This document shows, piece by piece, positions 1 to 9,201 of a stretch of 35,653 nucleotides of DNA. The first letter of the stretch is position 1. Every line of letters begins with the position of its first letter. The position numbers were made by a program, and so were the translations under genes. The notes under the pieces are model-generated. The model was not told where the DNA came from. It saw nothing but the letters and a program-made list of their open reading frames with translations, and ran no database searches. Origin of the DNA: a virus (Duplodnaviria; Caudoviricetes); the IMG/VR virus record IMGVR_UViG_3300034128_000016, positions 1 through 35,653 of that record, one strand, 5' to 3'.

Positions 1-129
1 AATTTAATATTTATTATTTTTTTACCCCCCCCCCCCCCACCTTCCCGTGGAGTGGGTTAACGCCAAAATGCGTCAGGGAAGAAGGACCTTAAAGCGCTAC
101 AATATCTGTGTTTTCCTACAACAATAGTG

Positions 130-405
130 CACCGGGGAGCAGGAGCAATAGCTAAGACAGGGTACAACGTTGGCAGGAACCATCAGGTAGGGCTTATGAT
201 CGTTCAGTATTGCAAGGCAATGAGTATTGACGTTATTGAACAGAGACCATTGTAGAAATGCTGGAAAGGGCCTGACGGGAAAATCACACATGCTGAGCTG
301 GCTTTCTTTGTTCCTGGGCTTCCCTCTCGGACAAACAGCGAAGAACGGGACGCCCTTTTACTGATGTGGAATGAGGCCAACCTACCCATGAAGATAAAAA
401 TATAA
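130..405 (+). pseudogene. Disrupted RuvC-like (Holliday junction resolvase-like) phage gene, 3' part
   Basis: Manual translation gives ...AIAKTGYNVGRNHQVGLMIVQYCKAMSIDVIEQRPL*KCWKGPDGKITHAELAFFVPGLPSRTNSEERDALLLMW..., with in-frame TAG at 253-255 and TAA at 403-405. The VGRNH / KITH / TN.EERDA motifs recall Bacteroidota phage RuvC-like proteins. The N-terminal part is missing. Confidence 0.6.
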
Positions 406-412
406 TTAAACT

Positions 413-445
413 ATTGCTTATTGAGCCATAATAACCGTACTTTTA
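413..445 (+). promoter_or_regulatory. Operator/promoter copy upstream of the ParB cluster
   Basis: ATTGCTTATTGAGCCAT (413-429) is 16/17 identical to 14666-14682 and is followed by TACTTTTA (438-445), a variant of the Bacteroidota -7 box TAnnTTTG. Confidence 0.55.
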
Positions 446-518
446 TCCAAATTAATCAATTAGGGAGGAGCGCTACTAGCAGATAAGGCATTTCCCTTTT
501 TGTCATGCACTCCAGACC

Positions 519-1190
519 ATGAAGAAGACAGTCAAAATATCACAGTTACAGGTCAATAAGGACAATCCCAGGGCTATCAGTGAATATATGCTGGATAAGC
601 TCATTGAGAGCATTCTGATATTCAGCGATATGCTTGCCTACAGAAACATTGTAATATCAAAGGAAAAGGTCATACTAGGAGGCAACCAGAGGTTTCTTGC
701 TTTGAAGGCTATCTCTGAAATGGACTTTAATGAGTTGCTGGACCGGCTATTAATTCTGGACAGGTACACCGACATGCACTCGGACAAGCAATTTGAGATT
801 CAAGGCTACTGGGAGAAATGGCTAAGCAAGCCAGTCATAGAGGTCACAATTGCAGATGATCTGACCGAGGCCGAGCAGAAAGAGTTTATTGTAAGGGACA
901 ATGTGCGATCAGGGTATGACAACACTGATATGCTAAAACAGCACTTTGACATTGACGAAATAGAGAGCTACACAGGGAACGTGGACCAGAACCTGTTTGA
1001 CTTTAACAACAGGATCAATGACAAGAACATTGAGAATAATCCCATAGGGTTGAGCAAGCTGAAGTGTGGCTATGTGGTATCAATTCTATCTGAACCTGAA
1101 CTAACCTTTCTCATGGAGGAGTATAACGCATCAGTTGAGCGAAACGGGTCAGATGAGTTCTTTGTAAGGGAGGTCTTGTTATGCAAATAG
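519..1190 (+). CDS. ParB/Srx-like N-terminal domain protein (paralogue 1)
   Basis: NPRAI, VILGGNQRFLA (GxxR motif) and EQKEFIVRDN; no HTH recognised. Confidence 0.8.
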   Translation: MKKTVKISQLQVNKDNPRAISEYMLDKLIESILIFSDMLAYRNIVISKEKVILGGNQRFLALKAISEMDFNELLDRLLILDRYTDMHSDKQFEIQGYWEKWLSKPVIEVTIADDLTEAEQKEFIVRDNVRSGYDNTDMLKQHFDIDEIESYTGNVDQNLFDFNNRINDKNIENNPIGLSKLKCGYVVSILSEPELTFLMEEYNASVERNGSDEFFVREVLLCK

Positions 1191-1852
1191 ACGTCAAAAC
1201 CTTAATCCCCAGCCCGATCAATCCGGGAGTAATCGACCTGAGAGCAAAGAGACTACTGACCCAGAGTCTGCTCACGTTCACAAAAATGATCCAGATAAGG
1301 CCCCTGATAGTCACCAAAGCAAACGTGGTATTGTCCGGGAACCAGCGGCGTGACTGCTATATTGATATCCTGACTCTGACCGGGGAGGACATCAGGACAG
1401 AGCTGACTGATAATCTTAAGTATCAGGCCCTGACTTCAGCAGAGCAGGATGAGCTTATTGAATACTGGAACCAGTGGAGAAAGAACCCGATGGTCCCTGT
1501 ACTGGTCAGTGAGTTGCCAGAGGACCGGGAGAAAGAACTGATCATAAAGGACAACCTTGCTTATGGGACCTTTGACATGGAACTGCTGAATGAGCAGTAT
1601 AGCCGGGAGGAGTTACTGCTGTATGACGTTATAAATGACGAGATGAAACAGTTGGACCCCAGCATGGTTCTGCCACCCGGAAAGCCAGGAGGGAAACCCA
1701 GAGAGGTCGATGTCCTGAGATTTGGAGATATTTCTGTGGGTATGACCAGAGTCGAGTATGACGAGCTGAAGGAAAAGTTCGACAGGCACACTGAGAACAC
1801 TGGTACATCTTATGGCTTTGTAACCGCAATAAAGAAACAGTATGAACTTTGA
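1181..1852 (+). CDS. ParB/Srx-like N-terminal domain protein (paralogue 2)
   Basis: RPLIV...VVLSGNQRRDC and EKELIIKDN; same length (223 aa) as the preceding ORF and colinear with it. Confidence 0.8.
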   Translation: MQIDVKTLIPSPINPGVIDLRAKRLLTQSLLTFTKMIQIRPLIVTKANVVLSGNQRRDCYIDILTLTGEDIRTELTDNLKYQALTSAEQDELIEYWNQWRKNPMVPVLVSELPEDREKELIIKDNLAYGTFDMELLNEQYSREELLLYDVINDEMKQLDPSMVLPPGKPGGKPREVDVLRFGDISVGMTRVEYDELKEKFDRHTENTGTSYGFVTAIKKQYEL

Positions 1853-3197
1853 AACCGTCCAGATAGCCAAGATTAAACCGGCAGCATACAACCCACGTAA
1901 GCTGTCTGAGCAGGGCCTGATCGACCTTGTTGGAAGCATCACAACGCTGGGCTTCATCTTACCGATCATTGTCAACCGGGACAACCTGACCATTGTAGCT
2001 GGCCACCAGAGGACCACCGCTGCCAAAGCGATCAAGCTGACAGAGGTCCCGGCCTTTTATATCCGGGGAGTGGACCTGCATGATGAAATCCTGTTCAACC
2101 AGATACACAACGGGATTGAATACGAACCCAAAGTCAGCGGTACGTGCAGCGAGAGCCGGGAACGTGGTTTCCATACCTTACCGATAAAGAGCTTTGACTG
2201 CCCGGACTATAATGTGATTGTGGCAAATGAGATATGCCGTCTCATTATCAAATACGGTGATCCGCTTTGTGCTATTGTCTGTGAAGGGGAGGTAGTATTC
2301 GGAAACAATTATATCTATGCCTGTAAGACCCTGAATAGCGATGTTCATGTTTCTTTCATCGACAAAGACGAACTGGGCAAGTTTCGTTATTATTTCTCCC
2401 GGCAGTACGGAGTCTTCAATTATGAGAAAGTTGAACGCCAGGATTATGTTCAGGGACTGGCCCAACCGAACCGGGCTGGTGGCGTTGATTGGTCACCTTT
2501 ATACCGGACGGTCCTGCCGGCAATAGCCAAGCTGGGAAAGGAGATTCATGTGCTGGACTTTGGTTGCGGCAAGGGAGCCTTCATAGGGAAGATGAACAAA
2601 GTATTGGGCTATCGGAATACAGTCGGTTTAGAGTTCTTCAATCATAATCGTGTCGGAATAAGCATTGAACGGGGTCAGCTTATGATCGACAGGTTCATCC
2701 AGAGTATTAAACGGCATGGCCTGTTTGATGTGGTGATATGTGACGCAGTCATAAACAGTGTAAATAGTCAGGAAGCTGAAGACGCAGTTATGGGTTGCCT
2801 CAATACATTCTGCAAGCCCGGAGGAAAGATATTCTTTTCAGGCCGGCGTCGAGAGGATATTGAGGGCCGGTACAACTACAAGAAGGCGGCCACAATCGAG
2901 AGGTATATCCATTTCCCGGATACCAATGGGCTGTCAGCTATACTCCGGGAGGGCCAGTGGTACTTTCAGAAGTTCCTGTATGAAGCCCAGGTCGATGCTA
3001 TTATCGCCAAGAACAACCTGCTCCCATTCAACAGGTATAGCAGCTCCGGGTATTACGGTGTAGGTGCGACAAAAATCAGCAACATCAGCCGAGAGGACAT
3101 GATTAAGTCAATCGACTTTGAGTTTGATCTGGACCTTCCAAACAACCAGAGGTACGGAAGGCAAAACGAAGTAAAAGAATTGCTCAGATTGATGTAA
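1842..3197 (+). CDS. ParB-like domain / class I SAM-dependent methyltransferase fusion
   Basis: N-terminal YNPRKL...GFILPIIVN...IVAGHQRTTAA; C-terminal VLDFGCGKG (SAM motif I), VGLEFF (motif II) and FDVVICDAVINSV. Confidence 0.85.
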   Translation: MNFETVQIAKIKPAAYNPRKLSEQGLIDLVGSITTLGFILPIIVNRDNLTIVAGHQRTTAAKAIKLTEVPAFYIRGVDLHDEILFNQIHNGIEYEPKVSGTCSESRERGFHTLPIKSFDCPDYNVIVANEICRLIIKYGDPLCAIVCEGEVVFGNNYIYACKTLNSDVHVSFIDKDELGKFRYYFSRQYGVFNYEKVERQDYVQGLAQPNRAGGVDWSPLYRTVLPAIAKLGKEIHVLDFGCGKGAFIGKMNKVLGYRNTVGLEFFNHNRVGISIERGQLMIDRFIQSIKRHGLFDVVICDAVINSVNSQEAEDAVMGCLNTFCKPGGKIFFSGRRREDIEGRYNYKKAATIERYIHFPDTNGLSAILREGQWYFQKFLYEAQVDAIIAKNNLLPFNRYSSSGYYGVGATKISNISREDMIKSIDFEFDLDLPNNQRYGRQNEVKELLRLM

Positions 3198-3262
3198 ATA
3201 TGCCTGTCGATATTTGCATACTAACCTGATAATGATTATCTTATCCTTATAAACCGTATGAA

Positions 3263-3712
3263 ATGATAACCATTAAAAGACTTGAATTAAAGAAGACCTA
3301 CAGGATTGAATGGCTCCGCTATATCACTGGAGTAAATCTGTCTGAGCATTGCATGAAGGCGTTTCTGGGAACCAATGATCCCCGGATCAAAGGTTACAAA
3401 AGAGAGTATTATGATATCAACCTGAAGGAAGGGTATCAGTATTATTATTTCTGTGCAGTCCATGAAGACTGGATTTGGAAGAACAATGTTCACATTGCCT
3501 TCAGGGAGAAGACTGGCTCCAGAATAATCATTGACAATGAAAGGGTGAACTGCCTGATTGAAAACGCAGAAGGCATTCCTATTTACAACACCTCAATTGA
3601 TCCCAACCATCCACAAGCCCACAATAAATTGTTCAACACATGCCGAAATTGGATGTTTGCCAATATGATCAAAAATACTTTCGTGATACAAACCGACTTG
3701 TTTAATGGATAA
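3263..3712 (+). CDS. Hypothetical phage protein, Cys/His/aromatic-rich, C-terminal QTDLF
   Basis: 149-aa ORF overlapping the terS start; own promoter-like TTTG...TATCTTAT at about 3213-3244. Confidence 0.75.
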   Translation: MITIKRLELKKTYRIEWLRYITGVNLSEHCMKAFLGTNDPRIKGYKREYYDINLKEGYQYYYFCAVHEDWIWKNNVHIAFREKTGSRIIIDNERVNCLIENAEGIPIYNTSIDPNHPQAHNKLFNTCRNWMFANMIKNTFVIQTDLFNG

Positions 3713-4235
3713 CAAGCCAGCGAAGAATAAAGGAGGCAGAAAGAGCTTGTACAAGGGGCCCGAAACGGATCAACTTGTTTACAAGCTCTGTCTGTTGGGC
3801 GCAATTGACACCGAAATCTCAGACATTCTGGGTATTAGAAGGTCCACCCTGAGCAACTGGAGGCACATGTATCCCACGTTTATGGACACCATAAAAAAGG
3901 GCAAGGCTATAGCCGACAGTAACGTAGCCGCAAACCTGTACCGCCGGTCAAACGGATATGAGTACATGGAGGTAACAACCGAGACGGATGTATCAGGTGA
4001 CGCTCCGGTGGTAAAAACTCGGAAGACAACCAAGCACCTTGCTGCCGATCCTACCTCTATGATTTTCTGGCTGAAGAACCGGAGGCCGGACTTATGGAAG
4101 GATCGAAGAGAGATCACCGGTAAGGACGGAGGTGACCTGATCAGTCTGCCGGCAATGGACCTGACAAAGCTAACCCCTACTGAAAGGGACGTTTTGCGGA
4201 AGATAGGTGAGAAAAGCTTTAATGACCAAGGATGA
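3705..4235 (+). CDS. terS: Terminase small subunit (HTH type)
   Basis: GRKSLY, HTH LCLLGAIDTEISDILGIRRSTLSNW, IFWLKNRRPDLWKDRREITGKDG; directly upstream of terL. Confidence 0.88.
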   Translation: MDNKPAKNKGGRKSLYKGPETDQLVYKLCLLGAIDTEISDILGIRRSTLSNWRHMYPTFMDTIKKGKAIADSNVAANLYRRSNGYEYMEVTTETDVSGDAPVVKTRKTTKHLAADPTSMIFWLKNRRPDLWKDRREITGKDGGDLISLPAMDLTKLTPTERDVLRKIGEKSFNDQG

Positions 4236-5688
4236 AAAATATATCCAGATGGGAAGAATGGTACTTGCACAAGATTGCAAGGACCGCTTTTACAGTTTTG
4301 TTCTCCAGTTCTGGGAGGTCATCATTAAAGAACCGTTTTCAGAAAACTGGCATATAGAGTACCTGTGTGATGAGATGCAGAAGCTGTCGGAGTATATTGT
4401 CAAACGTCTTCCTAAGCCTTACGATCTCATTATTAACATCCCACCGGGGACCACGAAGTCAACCATTGTCACAATCATGTTCCACCCCTGGCTCTGGACA
4501 ATCGACCCTACAATCAAAGTCATCACAAACTCATACTCCAACTCCCTCTCAATAGAACACGCCACCAAGTCAAAGGACATCATTCTCTCAGACAAGTATA
4601 GGGCACTATTCCCGGAGGTGGAGATCAGAAGGGATAAGAGTGGCAAGCAGAACTATGAGAACACGCTTACAGGATTCCGGTACGCAACGTCAACCGGCTC
4701 CACCATTACCGGCTTCCATGCCCATATCATTCTGAACGATGATCCCCAGAATCCGAAACAGGCCAACTCAGAGCTACTGAGGCTTCAGGCCATTGAACAC
4801 GTGAAAACCCTCTCCAGTCGAAAGGTTGATAAGGAAAACACTCCCATGATCACTATCATGCAGCGGCTCAACGAGCAGGATGTAACAGGCTATTTGCTGG
4901 CTCAAAAGCAAGATACGGTAAGGCATCTCTGCCTACCAGCTGAAGCCACAGGAAGCATCAAGCCAGAGTCATTGCGGAGTAATTACGTGGATGGGATGTT
5001 AGACCCAAAGCGGTTAAGCAGGAAGGTCCTTGCTGAAGCCAAGACGGATCTGGGGAGCCGGGCCTACTCAGGCCAGTTCGATCAGAACCCAGTAACAGAA
5101 GGTGGTAACATCATAAAGAACGAGTGGTTTAAATATGTCTCTTATTCTGACTTCAGGCGGATGGCAAAGGATGCCAACCCTCCAGTGATCTTCTTTATTG
5201 ACACTGCTTACACCGACAGCGCCGAGAACGACCCCTCAGGGATAATAGGAGCCTGTAGGATTGAAAACGCACTTTACATCGTAGCAGCCAAGAAGGTGAG
5301 CTTACGCTTCCCGGACCTTATTAAGTTCATTCCGGGATATGTCCAGGCTCATGGATACAGCAGCATCAGCTCAATCCGTATTGAACCAAAGGCCAACGGG
5401 ATCAGCGTGGTGGATCAGCTGGCAAGGGACACTGAACTGAACGTTTGCTCCACCCCCACCCCCAGAGATTCCAAAGAAACCCGGCTGAACAGTATCAGTC
5501 CCCTTTTTGAGTGCGGACGAATCTATCTGGTAGCAGACAACTGGAACGATGAGTTTGTCGGAGAGATAACCGGCTTCCCCACAAAGGCCCATGATGAGTA
5601 CGTGGACCTTATTTACTATGCTGCGGACTATCTGCTGAATGCAGCCAAAGAGGTTGATGAGAAAGAATTATTAAACATATTCAGATAA
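4222..5688 (+). CDS. terL: Terminase large subunit
   Basis: INIPPGTTKS (Walker A-like), IILNDDPQ (Walker B), IMQRL, nuclease IDTA...DPS...HDEYVD. ATG at 4222 preferred over GTG at 4207. Confidence 0.95.
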   Translation: MTKDEKYIQMGRMVLAQDCKDRFYSFVLQFWEVIIKEPFSENWHIEYLCDEMQKLSEYIVKRLPKPYDLIINIPPGTTKSTIVTIMFHPWLWTIDPTIKVITNSYSNSLSIEHATKSKDIILSDKYRALFPEVEIRRDKSGKQNYENTLTGFRYATSTGSTITGFHAHIILNDDPQNPKQANSELLRLQAIEHVKTLSSRKVDKENTPMITIMQRLNEQDVTGYLLAQKQDTVRHLCLPAEATGSIKPESLRSNYVDGMLDPKRLSRKVLAEAKTDLGSRAYSGQFDQNPVTEGGNIIKNEWFKYVSYSDFRRMAKDANPPVIFFIDTAYTDSAENDPSGIIGACRIENALYIVAAKKVSLRFPDLIKFIPGYVQAHGYSSISSIRIEPKANGISVVDQLARDTELNVCSTPTPRDSKETRLNSISPLFECGRIYLVADNWNDEFVGEITGFPTKAHDEYVDLIYYAADYLLNAAKEVDEKELLNIFR

Positions 5689-5692
5689 CCAC

Positions 5693-7111
5693 ATGGACAC
5701 AATAGAGTTTAAAGGTGAAATTGAGGACATCATTGCAGCTATTAAAGAGAGCAAGACGGTACTGGTCCCTGCATGGGATACACTGGCAAAAGAGTATGAC
5801 CCCAAGCAGCACGAGATCATTACCGATAAGACGAGCCGCAAAGATAAAACGCACCCGGACGGCACTGTAGAAAAGATTGCCAGGGTGACATACGGCATGC
5901 AGAAGCTGTCATCAAAGCGGATGACCCAGATGGCTTTTGCGATCCCGGTGAAACGACTCTATACAACCGATGAAGACCCGGTTAAGAAGGCTCAGGCTGA
6001 TGCAATAGAGGCAGTTTACACGAAAACCAGAATAGACACAGTGAACCGCAAGCGCATGAAGGCATACTTTGCCGCATGTGAGATAATGACTATCTGGTAT
6101 CCGGTGCAAGGCAAGAATAAACACTATGGTTTTGACTCCAACTGGAAGCTGAAGTGCAACACCTTTTCTCCAATGGACGCCAAGTTCTCAATGCTATCCA
6201 CCGCAAATATCTATCCGGTCTTTGACAAGTACAAGGATCTGATCGGACTAGCGTATGAGTACATGGTGACTGAAGACATGAAAGAGATGACATACTTCCA
6301 TGTTTACACCAATGAGCAGGAGAAGGTTTACCGTCAGGAAGGCACTGGTACATGGGAAGACCTCAGTGGTGAGGACTCCAGTATCAGCATCGGTAAGATA
6401 CCTGGATTATATCTCTGGAGGCCCATTCCGATCTGGGAGGATATAACAGGTAACGTACACCAGATGGAGCTGTCTCTGTCAAGGGAAAGCGATATCCTGA
6501 AGCGTAACTCAGCTCCTATCCTGAAAGTGAAAGGGAAGCTTATAGGAGGCCAACCAGCGAATGAAGTCGCAAGGGAAGTTTACCAACTGGACGGTGATGG
6601 AGACATCAGTTACGTTACGTGGAGTCAACAGATTGAGGCCATGAAGTATTATACTGACACTCTCAAGCAGAGTATGGAGGAAGAGCTGCAGTTGCCCAAC
6701 CTGTCATTTGACAATGTAAAATCGATCAGTGCAATCACGGAGGGAGCAAGGAAAACCCTGCTCACTGACGCACACTTGAAGGTTGGTGACGAAAGTGGCG
6801 ACCTGATTGAATTCTTTGACCGGGAGTGCAACGTCATTAAGGCATTTTTGGGAGAGATCAACAGCGGTTGGAAAAACACGATCATGGACTTAGAGGTGGA
6901 GCATATCATTACGCCCTTCGTCCAGAACGATGAAACAGCCCAGATTGACAAGATCACGAAGGCGACTCAGAAGCCTGTCATGTCGCAAAAGACAGGCATT
7001 GAAAAGTTGGGGCTGGTCACAAACATAGAGCAGGAATACCAGCAGCTGCAGGATGAAGAAAAGAGGGCCAATGATTCCGCTGTATTTGAGACAGCGGGGA
7101 GCAATGAATAA
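5693..7111 (+). CDS. Phage portal protein (SPP1 gp6-like)
   Basis: 472 aa, directly after terL; C-terminal MSQKTGIEKLGLV..IEQEYQQLQDE is typical of SPP1-type portals. Confidence 0.85.
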   Translation: MDTIEFKGEIEDIIAAIKESKTVLVPAWDTLAKEYDPKQHEIITDKTSRKDKTHPDGTVEKIARVTYGMQKLSSKRMTQMAFAIPVKRLYTTDEDPVKKAQADAIEAVYTKTRIDTVNRKRMKAYFAACEIMTIWYPVQGKNKHYGFDSNWKLKCNTFSPMDAKFSMLSTANIYPVFDKYKDLIGLAYEYMVTEDMKEMTYFHVYTNEQEKVYRQEGTGTWEDLSGEDSSISIGKIPGLYLWRPIPIWEDITGNVHQMELSLSRESDILKRNSAPILKVKGKLIGGQPANEVAREVYQLDGDGDISYVTWSQQIEAMKYYTDTLKQSMEEELQLPNLSFDNVKSISAITEGARKTLLTDAHLKVGDESGDLIEFFDRECNVIKAFLGEINSGWKNTIMDLEVEHIITPFVQNDETAQIDKITKATQKPVMSQKTGIEKLGLVTNIEQEYQQLQDEEKRANDSAVFETAGSNE

Positions 7112-7127
7112 GTGAAAGCCAGGATCT

Positions 7128-8237
7128 ATGCCAGCAGAAATAAATTATGACCAGCTGCACTTCAAGAAACTCGAAGGGCTTTATGTGAAGAAAGTCGAGC
7201 AGCTATATATGTTTGCAGCCAGAGAAGCTGCCAGCGTGGTTGCTGGTATCGGTCCTGATATCGATTTAACCAAGCCATTCACATTTGCCGACTACCCTCA
7301 GACAAGGCAAAAGGCAGATCAGCTATTTAAGTCATTCAAGCTGAAGCTGACCAGTACGCTCCGGGATGCGACTGAACAAGAATGGGATTTGGCCTCAAAG
7401 AAGAATGACCAGCTTGTCAACAGGATACTCAAATCAACTTCATTCAAGCGGAAGCAACTGGAGCATTTATACAACCGCAATCTGGAGGCATTGGCAGCAT
7501 TCCAAACCAGGAAGTCTGCCGGCCTGAATTTGTCTGACCGTATCTGGAAGTTCACAAAACAGCTGAAAGGAGAGCTGGAAATGGGGGTGGATGTCGGACT
7601 GGCTGAAGGAAGGTCAGCTACACAGCTCAGCCTTGATTTAAGGCATTATCTCAAAGAACCTGATAAACTGTATAGGAAGGTCAGAGATAACCGGGGGGAG
7701 CTAGCTTTAAGCCAACAGGCAAAGAAGTATTCACCGGGACCCGGAAGCTACCGGAGTAGCTACATGAATGCAATGCGGCTTGCCCGGACTGAAGTGAACA
7801 TGGCTTACAGGCAATCAGACCATGAACGCTGGAGGCAATTGGACTTTGTGGTGGGTTTTGAGGTACGCCGGTCAAACCATGTCTTTTCATGTCCGATGTG
7901 TGACTCCCTGGTCGGACGATACCCGAAGAATTTCAAGTTCTACGGCTGGCATCCCCAGTGCCGCTGCTATGCCGTTCCGATATTGAGTAGCACCAAGGAC
8001 TTCATTGACCGAGAGAATAGGCGTATGGCTGGAGAAGACATTGGGCCAGCCTTATCTGACAATACAGTGAAGGACGTTCCCGATTCATTCAAGAAATGGG
8101 TGACAGGCCACAGAGAGCAGTATGCCAGATCAAAGTCTGAACCCTACTTTATCAAGAATAATCCGGGGTACATAAAAGCAATAGGGATTGATAGACTTCA
8201 TGCACTGATTGACATTAGCAGAATGATCAAGGGGTAG
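7128..8237 (+). CDS. Minor head protein, MuF/SPP1 gp7 family
   Basis: LSDRIW, RLARTEVNMAY, CPMCD and WHPQCRC motifs; follows the portal gene. Confidence 0.88.
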   Translation: MPAEINYDQLHFKKLEGLYVKKVEQLYMFAAREAASVVAGIGPDIDLTKPFTFADYPQTRQKADQLFKSFKLKLTSTLRDATEQEWDLASKKNDQLVNRILKSTSFKRKQLEHLYNRNLEALAAFQTRKSAGLNLSDRIWKFTKQLKGELEMGVDVGLAEGRSATQLSLDLRHYLKEPDKLYRKVRDNRGELALSQQAKKYSPGPGSYRSSYMNAMRLARTEVNMAYRQSDHERWRQLDFVVGFEVRRSNHVFSCPMCDSLVGRYPKNFKFYGWHPQCRCYAVPILSSTKDFIDRENRRMAGEDIGPALSDNTVKDVPDSFKKWVTGHREQYARSKSEPYFIKNNPGYIKAIGIDRLHALIDISRMIKG

Positions 8238-8643
8238 TTGAATACTTTTTGCTCGTAGTTAGAAAAATAATTTGTAAATTAGTGCAGGTCTGCACCTAAT
8301 ATATAGTCTGAAACCAATACCATTTAAGAATTAACCAAACCAAGGACAATAAAACCCAATATTAAGGGCAGTGCTTATTGGCAAAAGTGCGCCACCAGGC
8401 AACCCGTACAAAGGCAATCGTGTGGGACAGTCAATGTACCACACACTGAACGCTAGTTTTATGGGATGTGACGAACAACTAGGACTTCAAACACACAAAA
8501 GCATGTGTTTGGCTGACGTTAAACAGATGCTTTAGAAGTATAAGAATCAATAAGAAGGTATCATCATTTAAATTTACTGTTTAGTACAAACGTTTTAGCA
8601 ATTAGAAATCCAACAAAAGAGTAATAATTTCAACCGAATTCCT

Positions 8644-9036
8644 ATGAAAAATCTTGAGGTCTTCATCAATCCTGCTTCTAATCGTAATGCAATTTATTTA
8701 ATTGCCAGGAATGGACACAAAGTTATAGATCTTGATGGGATTACCCTATGTAAAGCCGATAGAAATTATACAAAGATATTACTCAAAGATGGCGATATTG
8801 AGATTGTCCTACCGAAGTCGTTATGTATTCTAGAAAACGTGTTGAATAAGTATCATTTTTTACGTTGCTCCTCTTCCTATATAATTAATTTAAACAAACC
8901 TGCGTCCTTCAATAGATATCTACGTATGATCTATTTAGCCGGACATAAGATTTCGGTACCCAGGAAAAGTTGTAGTAAGGTTTTTCCTATATTAACTGCC
9001 TTTGGATTCAGGGAGGAATTAAGACACTTTGGATAA
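8644..9036 (+). CDS. Stand-alone LytTR DNA-binding domain regulator (no receiver domain)
   Basis: KADRNYTKI...KSL..LE..L...FLRCSSSYIINL matches the LytTR pattern FxRxHxSyiVN; also ISVPRK. Confidence 0.85.
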   Translation: MKNLEVFINPASNRNAIYLIARNGHKVIDLDGITLCKADRNYTKILLKDGDIEIVLPKSLCILENVLNKYHFLRCSSSYIINLNKPASFNRYLRMIYLAGHKISVPRKSCSKVFPILTAFGFREELRHFG

Positions 9037-9098
9037 CTAAGTTTGCACTTTGATAATTCAATATATTTCTTGATAACTTATATATTACTCTGGTAATT
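9031..9098 (+). promoter_or_regulatory. Four direct repeats at exact 20-bp period (candidate LytTR boxes)
   Basis: GGATAACT (9031), TGATAATT (9051), TGATAACT (9071), TGGTAATT (9091), lying between the LytTR gene and the lipoprotein gene. Confidence 0.6.
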
Positions 9099-9201
9099 TC
9101 TTGTCGATTAAATGGTTGTTTAGTTGATTAACCTGTGCGAAATTTGTTTAAGTCAAATCTGTATTGAGATAACTTTATTATTAACTTAAATCAAAAGCAC
9201 T

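Noticed and set aside
253-255. TAG stop-codon reassignment (as in some crAss-like phages)
   Set aside because: The long structural genes are uninterrupted in code 11, and TAG serves as a normal stop (e.g. 8237, 19030); a single nonsense mutation is simpler.
3893-3899. A AAA AAG slippery heptamer in terS
   Set aside because: The -1 frame stops within about 8 codons, and IKKG is an ordinary terS motif.
7128-8237. MuF polymorphic toxin
   Set aside because: The protein ends shortly after the PYFIKNN motif, with no toxin-sized extension and no adjacent immunity-like gene.
8371-8535. Short ORF, partial operator (GTGCTTATTGGCAA) and hairpin AAAGCATGTGTTT...AAACAGATGCTTT upstream of lytTR
   Set aside because: No recognisable peptide or RNA family, and the operator match needs a gap; insufficient support.
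9021-9100. CRISPR array or replication iterons
   Set aside because: The repeats are only about 8 bp with 12-bp spacers, and no cas or rep gene is nearby.
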